Assembly: GCF_006345805.1 (NCBI RefSeq)
Contig: NW_021828820.1
Span: 1 to 10,700 of the forward strand
Reading direction: 5' to 3'
DNA length: 10,700 nucleotides
Source of the DNA: Octopus sinensis
Lineage: Eukaryota
Numbering within the stretch: position 1 is the first letter of the stretch; each line of letters begins with the position of its first letter. Made by a program: the position numbers and the translations under genes. The notes below the pieces were generated by a model. The model had not been told where the DNA came from. It did no database searches and worked only from the letters and a program-made list of their open reading frames with translations. This document shows positions 1 through 8,163 of this stretch, piece by piece.

Positions 1-165
1 AGTTTTGCGTGCAACAAATCTTTTTTCTTCATTCAAAGAACGTTGTCTTTTAACAGGTAATGAACATAAATAAATTGAGCCGTTTATGATAATTACTTTT
101 ATAAGGTTAACCATTACCTATTGAGTAATGATAAATTAAAAGTTAGATTAATTAAATTTTTCAAT

Positions 166-787
166 TTACTGGTCTTGGGCCTCCTGAACAGCACCATCAT
201 CTTTCGTGATCCTCTTGCTATTAATTTGTCCTTCCTCAGAGTATTCGTTTTCTGTCACTCATCATGTCTCCTCTTCATCGAGTTAGCTCCCCTTTGGTGA
301 GTGTTCCACACTGCATAATCTTTGTTGAGAATCAATGCTTTAGTCATTACGTCTTCGAAACCATGTTATATTCTACGAACATTCCTTCCAACGTCTTCTT
401 TAATGCAATCGTTTGGATGTATGCCAGAACACTGTCTTTAATGCCAATCAAATCCATGTATATTTTAAAATACTTGGAGGTGATCGCATCCCAGGTAATG
501 ACAATCGGAAGTATTTTGACTTTGTAAATGATTCTAATTCACTTGCCAGGATATCATATTTATGAAGTTTTTCAACTTCAACTGCTTTTAATTATCCACA
601 CACGTCACTCCAATCTCTATTAGCCATATGTGGTTTAATTTTTTGTCGTATAGGAAAATGTCCGGCTTGTTATATTGAATTTTGACTCGGTAGGGATAGT
701 AGTGTCAACTCGTAATTCAGCACGATCATTGGTAATTACGCTTTAGTAAGATCAACACCAGGAATGTGGCGTTTACTGTTCAATGTG
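166..787 (-). pseudogene. Frameshifted C-terminal relic (REL endonuclease domain and tail) of an R4/NeSL-type non-LTR retrotransposon ORF
   Basis: Manual minus-strand translation across frameshifts: ...SVITNDRAELRVDTTIPTESK / QYNKPDIFLYDKKLNHIWLIEIGVT (PD at ~660-665, IEIGVT at 601-620) / LKAVEVEKLHKYDILASELE (EKxxKY at 544-573) / YKVKILPIVITWDAITSKYFKIYMDLIGIKDSVLAYIQTIALKKTLEGMFVEY / acidic tail ending ...DDGAVQEAQDQ* (TAA at 166-168). The PD...E...K-x-x-KY order matches the REL domain of early-branching non-LTR elements. The clade assignment is from recall of similar sequences, not a search. Confidence 0.75.
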
Positions 788-789
788 TA

Positions 790-978
790 CAGTGGGCGCA
801 AAAAAAATCCGGTTTTCTAATTCTCTATTTTTTTTATATTGTGCGATATAATATTTTTTTTTTAATCTTAAATTTTAGTGAAAAGTAACTCTTATTTTTT
901 TATTTTGATTATTTTCATTATTTTTTTCAAGAGATATTCCAATTTAAATTTACAATGCGCAAAAAAAACCCGGTTTTT
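790..978. repeat. Left terminal inverted repeat of Tc1, with outer and inner direct repeats (probable transposase-binding sites)
   Basis: Outer motif GCGCAAAAAAAATCCGGTTTT (796-816) and inner motif GCGCAAAAAAAACCCGGTTTTT (957-978), separated by an AT-rich spacer. The arrangement is mirrored at the right end. Confidence 0.85.
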
Positions 979-992
979 AAAAAAATGTCAAA

Positions 993-1998
993 TTAATATT
1001 TAATATGCCGTCCTTTAGCCATAAAAACATCGTACACCCTTCTCGGCATGCTGTTTATGAGTTTCTGTATTAGATCTTTCGGCATATTTTTCCAAATTTC
1101 GATAATTTTATCTTTCAGCTCATGCATATTTTTTGGAGGATTTTCGTACAATTTACTTTTAATATATGCCCAAAGATGTTCTATTGGATTTAAATCTGGC
1201 GATTGCGGTGCCCAATCCAATAGTTTGACGCTTCTTTCGGCAAAGAAATCTTTCGTGATCTTTGATGTGTGTGGAGGAGCCATGTCTTGTTGGAATATGA
1301 ATTCATTCAAGCACATTTTCGCAGCGGACTCCCACAGATATTTGATAATATGTTCACATAAGTTGCTGAGTCATAGTTCCATTTATAATACTAGATTGCC
1401 TACTCCATAATACCCGAAACATCCCCACACCATTATTTTTCCCCCTCCAAATTTAACAGTGGAGATAAGTGCGATTTTTCTAGAGTGTGTTGTTTTTCCT
1501 ATAACAAAATTCCTTTTTTTGTGATTAAAAATTTCGAAACAGCATTCATCACTAAAAATAGTTGATTTCCATGACGTCATATTCAGTGCGATAAATTTTT
1601 TTGACAAGGAATATCGTTTTTCGATATTAATTTTAGACAGATACGGTTTTTTTTTGACACACACGTGAATATATTTCCTTTGTTTCAGATAATTCCCAAT
1701 TGTTCGTTTTGAGACGATTTTTCCTGTCAAAGAATGAAGATCCTTTGACAGGCAACGGGAAGATTTTTTCGGATTGTCAGAAACAAGCGTCAATAAAGTA
1801 TTTATATCATCATTATTAATGTCCTAGGTCTTCCAGAACCGGACAGTCTCTGTGTTGTTCCATATTTTTTGTATTTACGTATGTAATCTCCCACTGTTGA
1901 TCTGGGAATTTCTACTTCTTCTGAAATTTGTTTATATGTCCAATTAAGGAAATAAAGTTGAATAATTTGTCCTTTCACAATTTCTGAATACACGACAT
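993..1998 (-). pseudogene. Tc1 DD34E transposase, broken into at least three frames
   Basis: ORF fragments 1802-2029, 1383-1793 and 993-1316 join into one protein: HTH-like EIPRSTVGDYIRKY, GSGRPR motif, WKSTIFSDE (first D), TVKFGGGKIMVWGCF, IFQQDMAPPH (second D), WAPQSPDLNPIEHLW (E), and C-terminal SMPRRV...KGRHIKY. Exactly 34 residues lie between the second D and the E. The start is uncertain; the nearest ATG is at 1998 and needs a 1-nt correction. Confidence 0.9.
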
Positions 1999-2060
1999 CC
2001 AACAACAACAAAAATGACAACAATTTCAAATTTTTGAGAATAAAAGACTCAATATTAAAA

Positions 2061-2240
2061 AAAAACCGAGTTTTTTTGCGCTTAAAATTAAATTCAAGAT
2101 ATCTCTATGAAAAATAAAAAATACTTAAAATAAAAACATATCGATTTACATTCAAAATGATACTAAATTAAAAAAAATAATATAAATTATATTGAAAAAT
2201 TCGAAAAATAAGAAAACCGGATTTTTTTTTGCGCCCACTG
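2061..2240. repeat. Right terminal inverted repeat of Tc1 (upstream of the transposase), with inner and outer direct repeats
   Basis: Inner motif AAAAACCGAGTTTTTTTGCGC (2061-2081) and outer motif AAAACCGGATTTTTTTTTGCGC (2213-2234), followed by CCACTG and TA. Confidence 0.85.
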
Positions 2241-2242
2241 TA

Positions 2243-2280
2243 ATAAATTCTGGCATATAGCTGCGCGCACCTTACCAAAG
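2243..2280 (-). other. Probable short continuation of the REL-retrotransposon relic on the far side of the Tc1 insertion
   Basis: Removing Tc1 and one TA, and using the copy-2 version of this flank (5278-5315), gives a minus-strand reading ALVRCAQLICQNYYTLNSKRH. This resembles the region just after the CCHC/RH motif of REL elements. The match is short and one frame choice depends on which copy is used. Confidence 0.4.
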
Positions 2281-2475
2281 CCGCAGTGAAATTATTCCGG
2301 CGCTGGAGCTGCCACTGTTGTATGGCTTTACTCCGATCTCGGCTTCGCAGCATCAGTCTCCTTCGCTTCATGAACCCAAATCAGAACACTATATTCTCAA
2401 AATTTCCAACTACGGAAATCTAAGAAGATACCATTACGTATCCCTAAACAGGCTCGGATCTCAGCGGCAAACTGC

Positions 2476-2979
2476 TTGTGCGATCTTATCACTGATGCGC
2501 TAAGCTCCGGGGGGGACCATTCTTGGATCCGTCTCCTCTCTTTTGCACCTTGTGTGTTTGGACAAGCAATTGATGGTTCAGTACAAAAGAAGAGTCTCTC
2601 GGCTGCCATTAAGTCGAACTCTGCGAGATTGGATGTCTCATGGATTGATTTCGATTGTGAAGCGACCAATTTCCAAACGTGCATCACGGAAAAATCCCCC
2701 CAGTGGTTCAAAACCCAAGTTAGTCGTAAACTCATGGATGGCGACATCCGTGCGGCAGTTCGGGTCCTTTCGTCCGCTGATTCACTTGCTGAATCTACTG
2801 CCGAGACTTTGGAACACCTCAAAAACAAACATCCGATGCCCCCAGATGACTTACGGGAGTTTCCCACACGAGACAATGCAATTATACTGTCAATTTCTGA
2901 TGATGAAATTTTGGAAGGATTAAATCTTTCAGACCGAGTAGCAGTGGGGGATTTGATGGTCTCCGGCCGAGTCATATAA
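2476..2979 (+). pseudogene. N-terminal part of the CRE-like ORF, out of frame with the RT part
   Basis: ...KLMDGDIRAAVRVLSSADSLAESTAETLEHLKNKHP...EILEGL continues in another frame as SFRPSSSGGFDGLRPSHIKD directly into the ATG at 2985. This is the conserved pre-RT segment of non-LTR RTs. One extra base near 2921-2925 would fuse the two. Upstream sequence from ~2340 also aligns with the copy-2 ORF 5321-5959. Confidence 0.75.
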
Positions 2980-2984
2980 AGGAC

Positions 2985-5063
2985 ATGATTTCCCGATTGA
3001 CTATGGAGACTGGAATCCGCCTGATCAAGTGTATTACCAAGCTTGTCGAACGGATTGTCAATGCTGAGATTTCAGGCTTTGCAAGGGATCTACTTTTCTG
3101 TTCACACCTTATTGCTTTCCGAAAGAACGATGGAGGAGTCCGCCCCATTGCAGTCGGTAATGTCTTCCGGAGGCTCGCATGCAAAATTGCAGCCCGAAGA
3201 GTCTGTCCCCGTGTTGCCGCTGAATTATCTCCAGTCCAACTGGGAGTTGGTGTTTCCAACGGATGTGAAGCTGCTGTCCACGCGACAAGAGCTTTTTTTT
3301 CACCTGACACAAGACATTCCCCAAATTCCTTTGCGGTGAAGCTGGATATCTCAAACGCGTTCAACAGTCTGAGAAGGGACTGTATGCTGGAATCGTGCTC
3401 GCAGCGTACCCCAGAGATCATGAGTCTGGCTCACCTTGCTTACGGGTCCGAAAGTTCGCTTGTCTTTGACAAACACATTGTCCGTTCACGGACTGGAGTC
3501 CAACAAGGTGACCCTCTTGGGCCCTTACTATTCGCTCTGTCAATCGACGAGGTGGCTCGTAATGTAAAGACACCTCTCAACCTTTGGTACCTTGACGATG
3601 CCACTATTGGTGGCCCTGTTGATGTCGTCTTGGATGAGTTATATAAAATTGTTCCTGCCCTGGCAAAAATGGGGCTGATAATCAACACCAAAAAAACTGA
3701 GATCATAAATATCTCAGTCCCAATTCAAGACTTTGGCTTAGTAATGGAAAAGATTTCAGAAATCTTGCCAGACACAAAACAAACACGCCTCAACGATGTT
3801 TATTTTCTTGGGTGTCCTTTCGGAGAGTCCGAAGTGCAAAACCACCTCAGAGCTAAGAGTGTCGAAATGTCCCGTTTTACTGAACGCCTCTCTCTACTCG
3901 ACTCCCACACGGCCTTTTTCCTCCTCAAAAATTGCATCCACGTGCCCAAACTGTTATATTTATTGAGATGCTCGCCCTGCTTTATACAAGATGAAATATT
4001 GCATTCTATCGATGATACGTTAAGATTGTGTGCCGAGTGGATCCTAAATGTCCGTTTCGATAATGATGGGTGGACCCAGTGTAAACTACCTCTTAATTCT
4101 GGCGGAGCTGGCCTAAGATCCGCCCTGGACCTTGCCCTCCCAGCTTTCCTGTCCTCTCACTCATCCTGCCGAAGGCTATCCTTGGAGATTCTACATAAAT
4201 CCCCCGAATCTTCTTTGGACAGGCCTTTTGAAGATGGATGTATGCTGTGGAAGGAATCAGGATTAAAATTCCCGATCCAAACATCACTCCAACAGAGCTG
4301 GGACAAATTACGCTGCGAATTCACCGCAGACAACCTGGCAATGAGGCTCGACCAGCACCGCCTCGCCTGCTTACGCTCTGCAGCTGTGCCACACAGTGGG
4401 TCATGGCTGAATGCTATGCCAATTGCTGGCCTCGGAACATTATTAGAGGATGACTGCATGCGTATCGGTACTGCACTGAGACTCGGACTTGACATCTGCG
4501 AACAACATCGTTGTAGATGTGGAAAAATGGTTGACGTCAAAGGTGTACACCCACTCTCTTGCAAACGAAGTGCTGGCCGAGCTCCTCGGCACTCCGCTAT
4601 TAACAATGTTATCTTAAGAGCTCTTGAGTCGGCGGGCTTCCCCTCGATCCTAGAGCCAGTGGGCTTAGATCGTGGAGATGGGAAAAGACCCGATGGAATG
4701 ACCACTTTTCCCTACTCCTGTGGAAAATCGTTGGTTTGGGATTCAACGTGTGTTGACACCCATTCCAAAACTAATATGATCTCTTCTGCTGTTTCTCCAG
4801 GTTCTGCAGCAGATGCTGCAGAGCAAAGAAAAATTGCCAAATACGCAAATCTTGGACAACGGTACCGCTTCGTACCTATCGCTGTGGAGACTTCTGGGGT
4901 AACCGGCCCTCTTACGACTTCTTTCATCAGAGAAGTCGGAGGAAAAGTTGCTAGGCGACGTGGGGAGCCTCGAGAAGTGTCATGGTTATTCCAACAAATT
5001 GGAATAGCTGTCGTTCGCGGCAATGCACACTCCATCATGCGTGCAACCGCAAGTGCCTTTTAA
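2985..5063 (+). CDS. Reverse transcriptase + CCHC zinc knuckle + restriction-like endonuclease (CRE-clade-like), uninterrupted 692-aa portion
   Basis: RT motifs: RKNDGGVRPIAVGNVFRRL, QLGVG..GCEAAVH, VKLDISNAFNS, GVQQGDPLGPLLF, WYLDD (YLDD at 3588-3599), GLIINTKKTE, FLGCPFG. Zinc knuckle CRCG-x7-H-x3-C, then RHSAINNVI. REL: KRPDG...WDSTC...RKIAKY...PIAVETSG. The ATG at 2985 is probably internal rather than the true start. Confidence 0.92.
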   Translation: MISRLTMETGIRLIKCITKLVERIVNAEISGFARDLLFCSHLIAFRKNDGGVRPIAVGNVFRRLACKIAARRVCPRVAAELSPVQLGVGVSNGCEAAVHATRAFFSPDTRHSPNSFAVKLDISNAFNSLRRDCMLESCSQRTPEIMSLAHLAYGSESSLVFDKHIVRSRTGVQQGDPLGPLLFALSIDEVARNVKTPLNLWYLDDATIGGPVDVVLDELYKIVPALAKMGLIINTKKTEIINISVPIQDFGLVMEKISEILPDTKQTRLNDVYFLGCPFGESEVQNHLRAKSVEMSRFTERLSLLDSHTAFFLLKNCIHVPKLLYLLRCSPCFIQDEILHSIDDTLRLCAEWILNVRFDNDGWTQCKLPLNSGGAGLRSALDLALPAFLSSHSSCRRLSLEILHKSPESSLDRPFEDGCMLWKESGLKFPIQTSLQQSWDKLRCEFTADNLAMRLDQHRLACLRSAAVPHSGSWLNAMPIAGLGTLLEDDCMRIGTALRLGLDICEQHRCRCGKMVDVKGVHPLSCKRSAGRAPRHSAINNVILRALESAGFPSILEPVGLDRGDGKRPDGMTTFPYSCGKSLVWDSTCVDTHSKTNMISSAVSPGSAADAAEQRKIAKYANLGQRYRFVPIAVETSGVTGPLTTSFIREVGGKVARRRGEPREVSWLFQQIGIAVVRGNAHSIMRATASAF

Positions 5064-5093
5064 TCATAGACTAACTTATTTTAATAATTAAAA

Positions 5094-5275
5094 AAAAACC
5101 GAGTTTTTTTGCGCATTTTAAAATTAAATTCAAGATATCTCTATGAAAAATAAAAAATACTAAAATTAAAACATATCTATTTACATTTCAAAATGATACT
5201 AAATTAAAAAAAATAATATAAAATTTATATTGAAAAATTCGAAAAATAAGAAAACCGGATTTTTTGCGCCCACTG
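5094..5275. repeat. Second (duplicated) copy of the Tc1 right TIR, complete with both direct repeats and followed by TA
   Basis: AAAAACCGAGTTTTTTTGCGC (5094-5114) through AGAAAACCGGATTTTTTGCGCCCACTG (ending 5275), then TA at 5276-5277. It matches 2061-2242 apart from small indels. Confidence 0.92.
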
Positions 5276-5315
5276 TAATAATTCTGGCATATTAGCTGCG
5301 CGCACCTTACCAAAG

Positions 5316-8120
5316 CCGCAGTGAAATTACTCCGGCGCTGGAGCTGCCACTGTTGTATGGCTTTACTCCGAATCTCGGCTTCGCAGCATCAGTCTCCTTC
5401 GCTTCATGAACCCAAATCAGAACACTATATTCTCAAAATTTCCAACTTACGGAAATCTAAGAAGATACCATTACGTATCCCTAAACAGGCTCGGATCTCA
5501 GCGGCAAACTGCTTGTGCGATCTTATCACTGATGCGCTAAGCTCCGGGGGGGACCATTCTTGGATCCGTCTCCTCTCTTTTGCACCTTGTGTGTTTGGAC
5601 AAGCAATTGATGGTTCAGTACAAAAGAAGAGTCTCTCGGCTGCCATTAAGTCGAACTCTGCGAGATTGGATGTCTCATGGATTGATTTCGATTGTGAAGC
5701 GACCAATTTCCAAACGTGCATCACGGAAAAATCCCCCCAGTGGTTCAAAACCCAAGTTAGTCGTAAACTCATGGATGGCGACATCCGTGCGGCAGTTCGG
5801 GTCCTTTCGTCCGCTGATTCACTTGCTGAATCTACTGCCGAGACTTTGGAACACCTCAAAAAACACATCCGATGCCCCCAGATGACTTACGGGAGTTTCC
5901 CACACGAGACAATGCAATTATACTGTCAATTTCTGATGATGAAATTTTGGAAGGATTAAATCTTTCAGACCGAGTAGCAGTGGGGGATTTGATGGTCTCC
6001 GGCCGAGTCATATAAAGGACATGATTTCCCGATTGACTATGGAGACTGGAATCCGCCTGATCAAGTGTATTACCAAGCTTGTCGAACGGATTGTCAATGC
6101 TGAGATTTCAGGCTTTGCAAGGGATCTACTTTTCTGTTCACACCTTATTGCTTTCCGAAAGAACGATGGAGGAGTCCGCCCCATTGCAGGTAATGTCTTC
6201 CGGAGGCTCGCATGCAAAATTGCAGCCCGAAGAGTCTGTCCCCGTGTTGCCGCTGAATTATCTCCAGTCCAACTGGGAGTTGGTGTTTCCAACGGATGTG
6301 AAGCTGCTGTCCACGCGACAAGAGCTTTTTTTTCACCTGACACAAGACATTCCCCAAATTCCTTTGCGGTGAAGCTGGATATCTCAAACGCGTTCAACAG
6401 TCTGAGAAGGGACTGTATGCTGGAATCGTGCTCGCAGCGTACCCCAGAGATCATGAGTCTGGCTCACCTTGCTTACGGGTCCGAAAGTTCGCTTGTCTTT
6501 GACAAACACATTGTCCGTTCACGGACTGGAGTCCAACAAGGTGACCCTCTTGGGCCCTTACTATTCGCTCTGTCAATCGACGAGGTGGCTCGTAATGTAA
6601 AGACACCTCTCAACCTTTGGTACCTTGACGATGCCACTATTGGTGGCCCTGTTGATGTCGTCTTGGATGAGTTATATAAAATTGTTCCTGCCCTGGCAAA
6701 AATGGGGCTGATAATCAACACCAAAAAAACTGAGATCATAAATATCTCAGTCCCAATTCAAGACTTTGGCTTAGTAATGGAAAAGATTTCAGAAATCTTG
6801 CCAGACACAAAACAAACAACACACGCCTCAACGATGTTTATTTTCTTGGGTGTCCTTTCGGAGAGTCCGAAGTGCAAAACCACCTCAGAGCTAAGAGTGT
6901 CGAAATGTCCCGTTTTACTGAACGCCTCTCTCTACTCGACTCCCACACGGCCTTTTTCCTCCTCAAAAATTGCATCCACGTGCCCAAACTGTTATATTTA
7001 TTGAGATGCTCGCCCTGCTTTATACAAGATGAAATATTGCATTCTATCGATGATACGTTAAGATTGTGTGCCGAGTGGATCCTAAATGTCCGTTTCGATA
7101 ATGATGGGTGGACCCAGTGTAAACTACCTCTTAATTCTGGCGGAGCTGGCCTAAGATCCGCCCTGGACCTTGCCCTCCCAGCTTTCCTGTCCTCTCACTC
7201 ATCCTGCCGAAGGCTATCCTTGGAGATTCTACATAAATCCCCCGAATCTTCTTTGGACAGGCCTTTTGAAGATGGATGTATGCTGTGGAAGGAATCAGGA
7301 TTAAAATTCCCGATCCAAACATCACTCCAACAGAGCTGGGACAAATTACGCTGCGCGATTCACCGCAGACAACCTGGCAATGAGGCTCGACCAGCACCGC
7401 CTCGCCTGCTTACGCTCTGCAGCTGTGCCACACAGTGGGTCATGGCTGAATGCTATGCCAATTGCTGGCCTCGGAACATTATTAGAGGATGACTGCATGC
7501 GTATCGGTACTGCACTGAGACTCGGACTTGACATCTGCGAACAACATCGTTGTAGATGTGGAAAAATGGTTGACGTCAAAGGTGTACACCCACTCTCTTG
7601 CAAACGAAGTGCTGGCCGAGCTCCTCGGCACTCCGCTATTAACAATGTTATCTTAAGAGCTCTTGAGTCGGCGGGCTTCCCCTCGATCCTAGAGCCAGTG
7701 GGCTTAGATCGTGGAGATGGGAAAAGACCCGATGGAATGACCACTTTTCCCTACTCCTGTGGAAAATCGTTGGTTTGGGATTCAACGTGTGTTGACACCC
7801 ATTCCAAAACTAATATGATCTCTTCTGCTGTTTCTCCAGGTTCTGCAGCAGATGCTGCAGAGCAAAGAAAAATTGCCAAATACGCAAATCTTGGACAACG
7901 GTACCGCTTCGTACCTATCGCTGTGGAGACTTCTGGGGTAACCGGCCCTCTTACGACTTCTTTCATCAGAGAAGTCGGAGGAAAAGTTGCTAGGCGACGT
8001 GGGGAGCCTCGAGAAGTGTCATGGTTATTCCAACAAATTGGAATAGCTGTCGTTCGCGGCAATGCACACTCCATCATGCGTGCAACCGCAAGTGCCTTTT
8101 AATCATAGACTAACTATTTT
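5316..8120 (+). mobile_element. CRE-clade-like non-LTR retrotransposon, copy 2
   Basis: Near-identical to 2281-5082, with the same stop context GCCTTTTAATCATAGACTAAC. Confidence 0.85.
5321..8102 (+). pseudogene. Frameshifted RT-REL ORF of copy 2 (fragments 5321-5959, 6021-7004, 6872-7492, 7380-8102)
   Basis: The fragments reproduce the copy-1 protein. Lesions relative to copy 1: 1-nt loss near 5860, 3-nt loss near 6188 (IAVGN to IAGN), ~5-nt gain near 6815 and ~1-nt gain near 7355. It also carries the frameshift shared with copy 1 near 5958. Confidence 0.85.
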
Positions 8121-8163
8121 AATATTAAAGAAAGAAAAGAAATGAGAGAACAAGAATCCGAAC

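Larger units (their letters stand above)
790..2240 (-). mobile_element. Tc1/mariner superfamily DNA transposon (Tc1, DD34E), full length, IR/DR-type ends
   Basis: The termini CAGTGGGCGCAAAAAAAATCCGGTTTTCT (790-) and AGAAAACCGGATTTTTTTTTGCGCCCACTG (-2240) are inverted repeats. TA flanks both ends (788-789 and 2241-2242), the canonical Tc1/mariner target-site duplication. An internal transposase lies on the minus strand. Confidence 0.93.
2281..5082 (+). mobile_element. CRE-clade-like non-LTR retrotransposon, copy 1 (probably slightly 5'-truncated; 5' boundary approximate)
   Basis: A single long ORF encodes RT followed by a CCHC knuckle and REL, with no APE domain. N-terminal motifs LRIPKQAR...W.RLLSF and V.RKL.DGDIRAAVRVL are typical of CRE-like elements (from recall). 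The 3' UTR is only ~20 nt and ends in an AT-rich tract. Confidence 0.85.
2051..8120 (+). repeat. Head-to-tail tandem duplication of ~3.03 kb (unit 1: 2051-5082; unit 2: 5083-8120)
   Basis: Both units carry the TIR, TA, a short flank and the RT element. The equivalent ATGs are at 2985 and 6021 (offset 3036). The differences I could see are almost all small indels. AATATTAAA occurs at 2051-2059 and 8121-8129, and AATAATTAAA at 5083-5092. Confidence 0.95.

Noticed and set aside
264-527. 87-aa plus-strand ORF
   Set aside because: It is antisense to the REL relic and has no recognisable motif; a shadow ORF.
1048-1410. 120-aa plus-strand ORF
   Set aside because: It is antisense to the Tc1 catalytic domain; a shadow ORF.
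2397-5038. Minus-strand and alternate-frame ORFs inside CRE copy 1, and their twins in copy 2
   Set aside because: They overlap the well-supported RT-REL frame and carry no motifs. Their recurrence simply reflects the duplication.
2985-5063. Bacterial RT (group II intron, retron, DGR) or LTR retrotransposon
   Set aside because: The C-terminal CCHC plus PD-(D/E)xK REL domain and the RT motif style indicate a non-LTR element. There is no gag, protease, RNase H, integrase, LTR or intron RNA domain.
2051-5092. AATATTAAA as a classical target-site duplication of the CRE element alone
   Set aside because: The motif brackets TIR+CRE rather than the CRE, and the sequence after 8129 does not resume Tc1 sequence. 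It is better described as junction microhomology.
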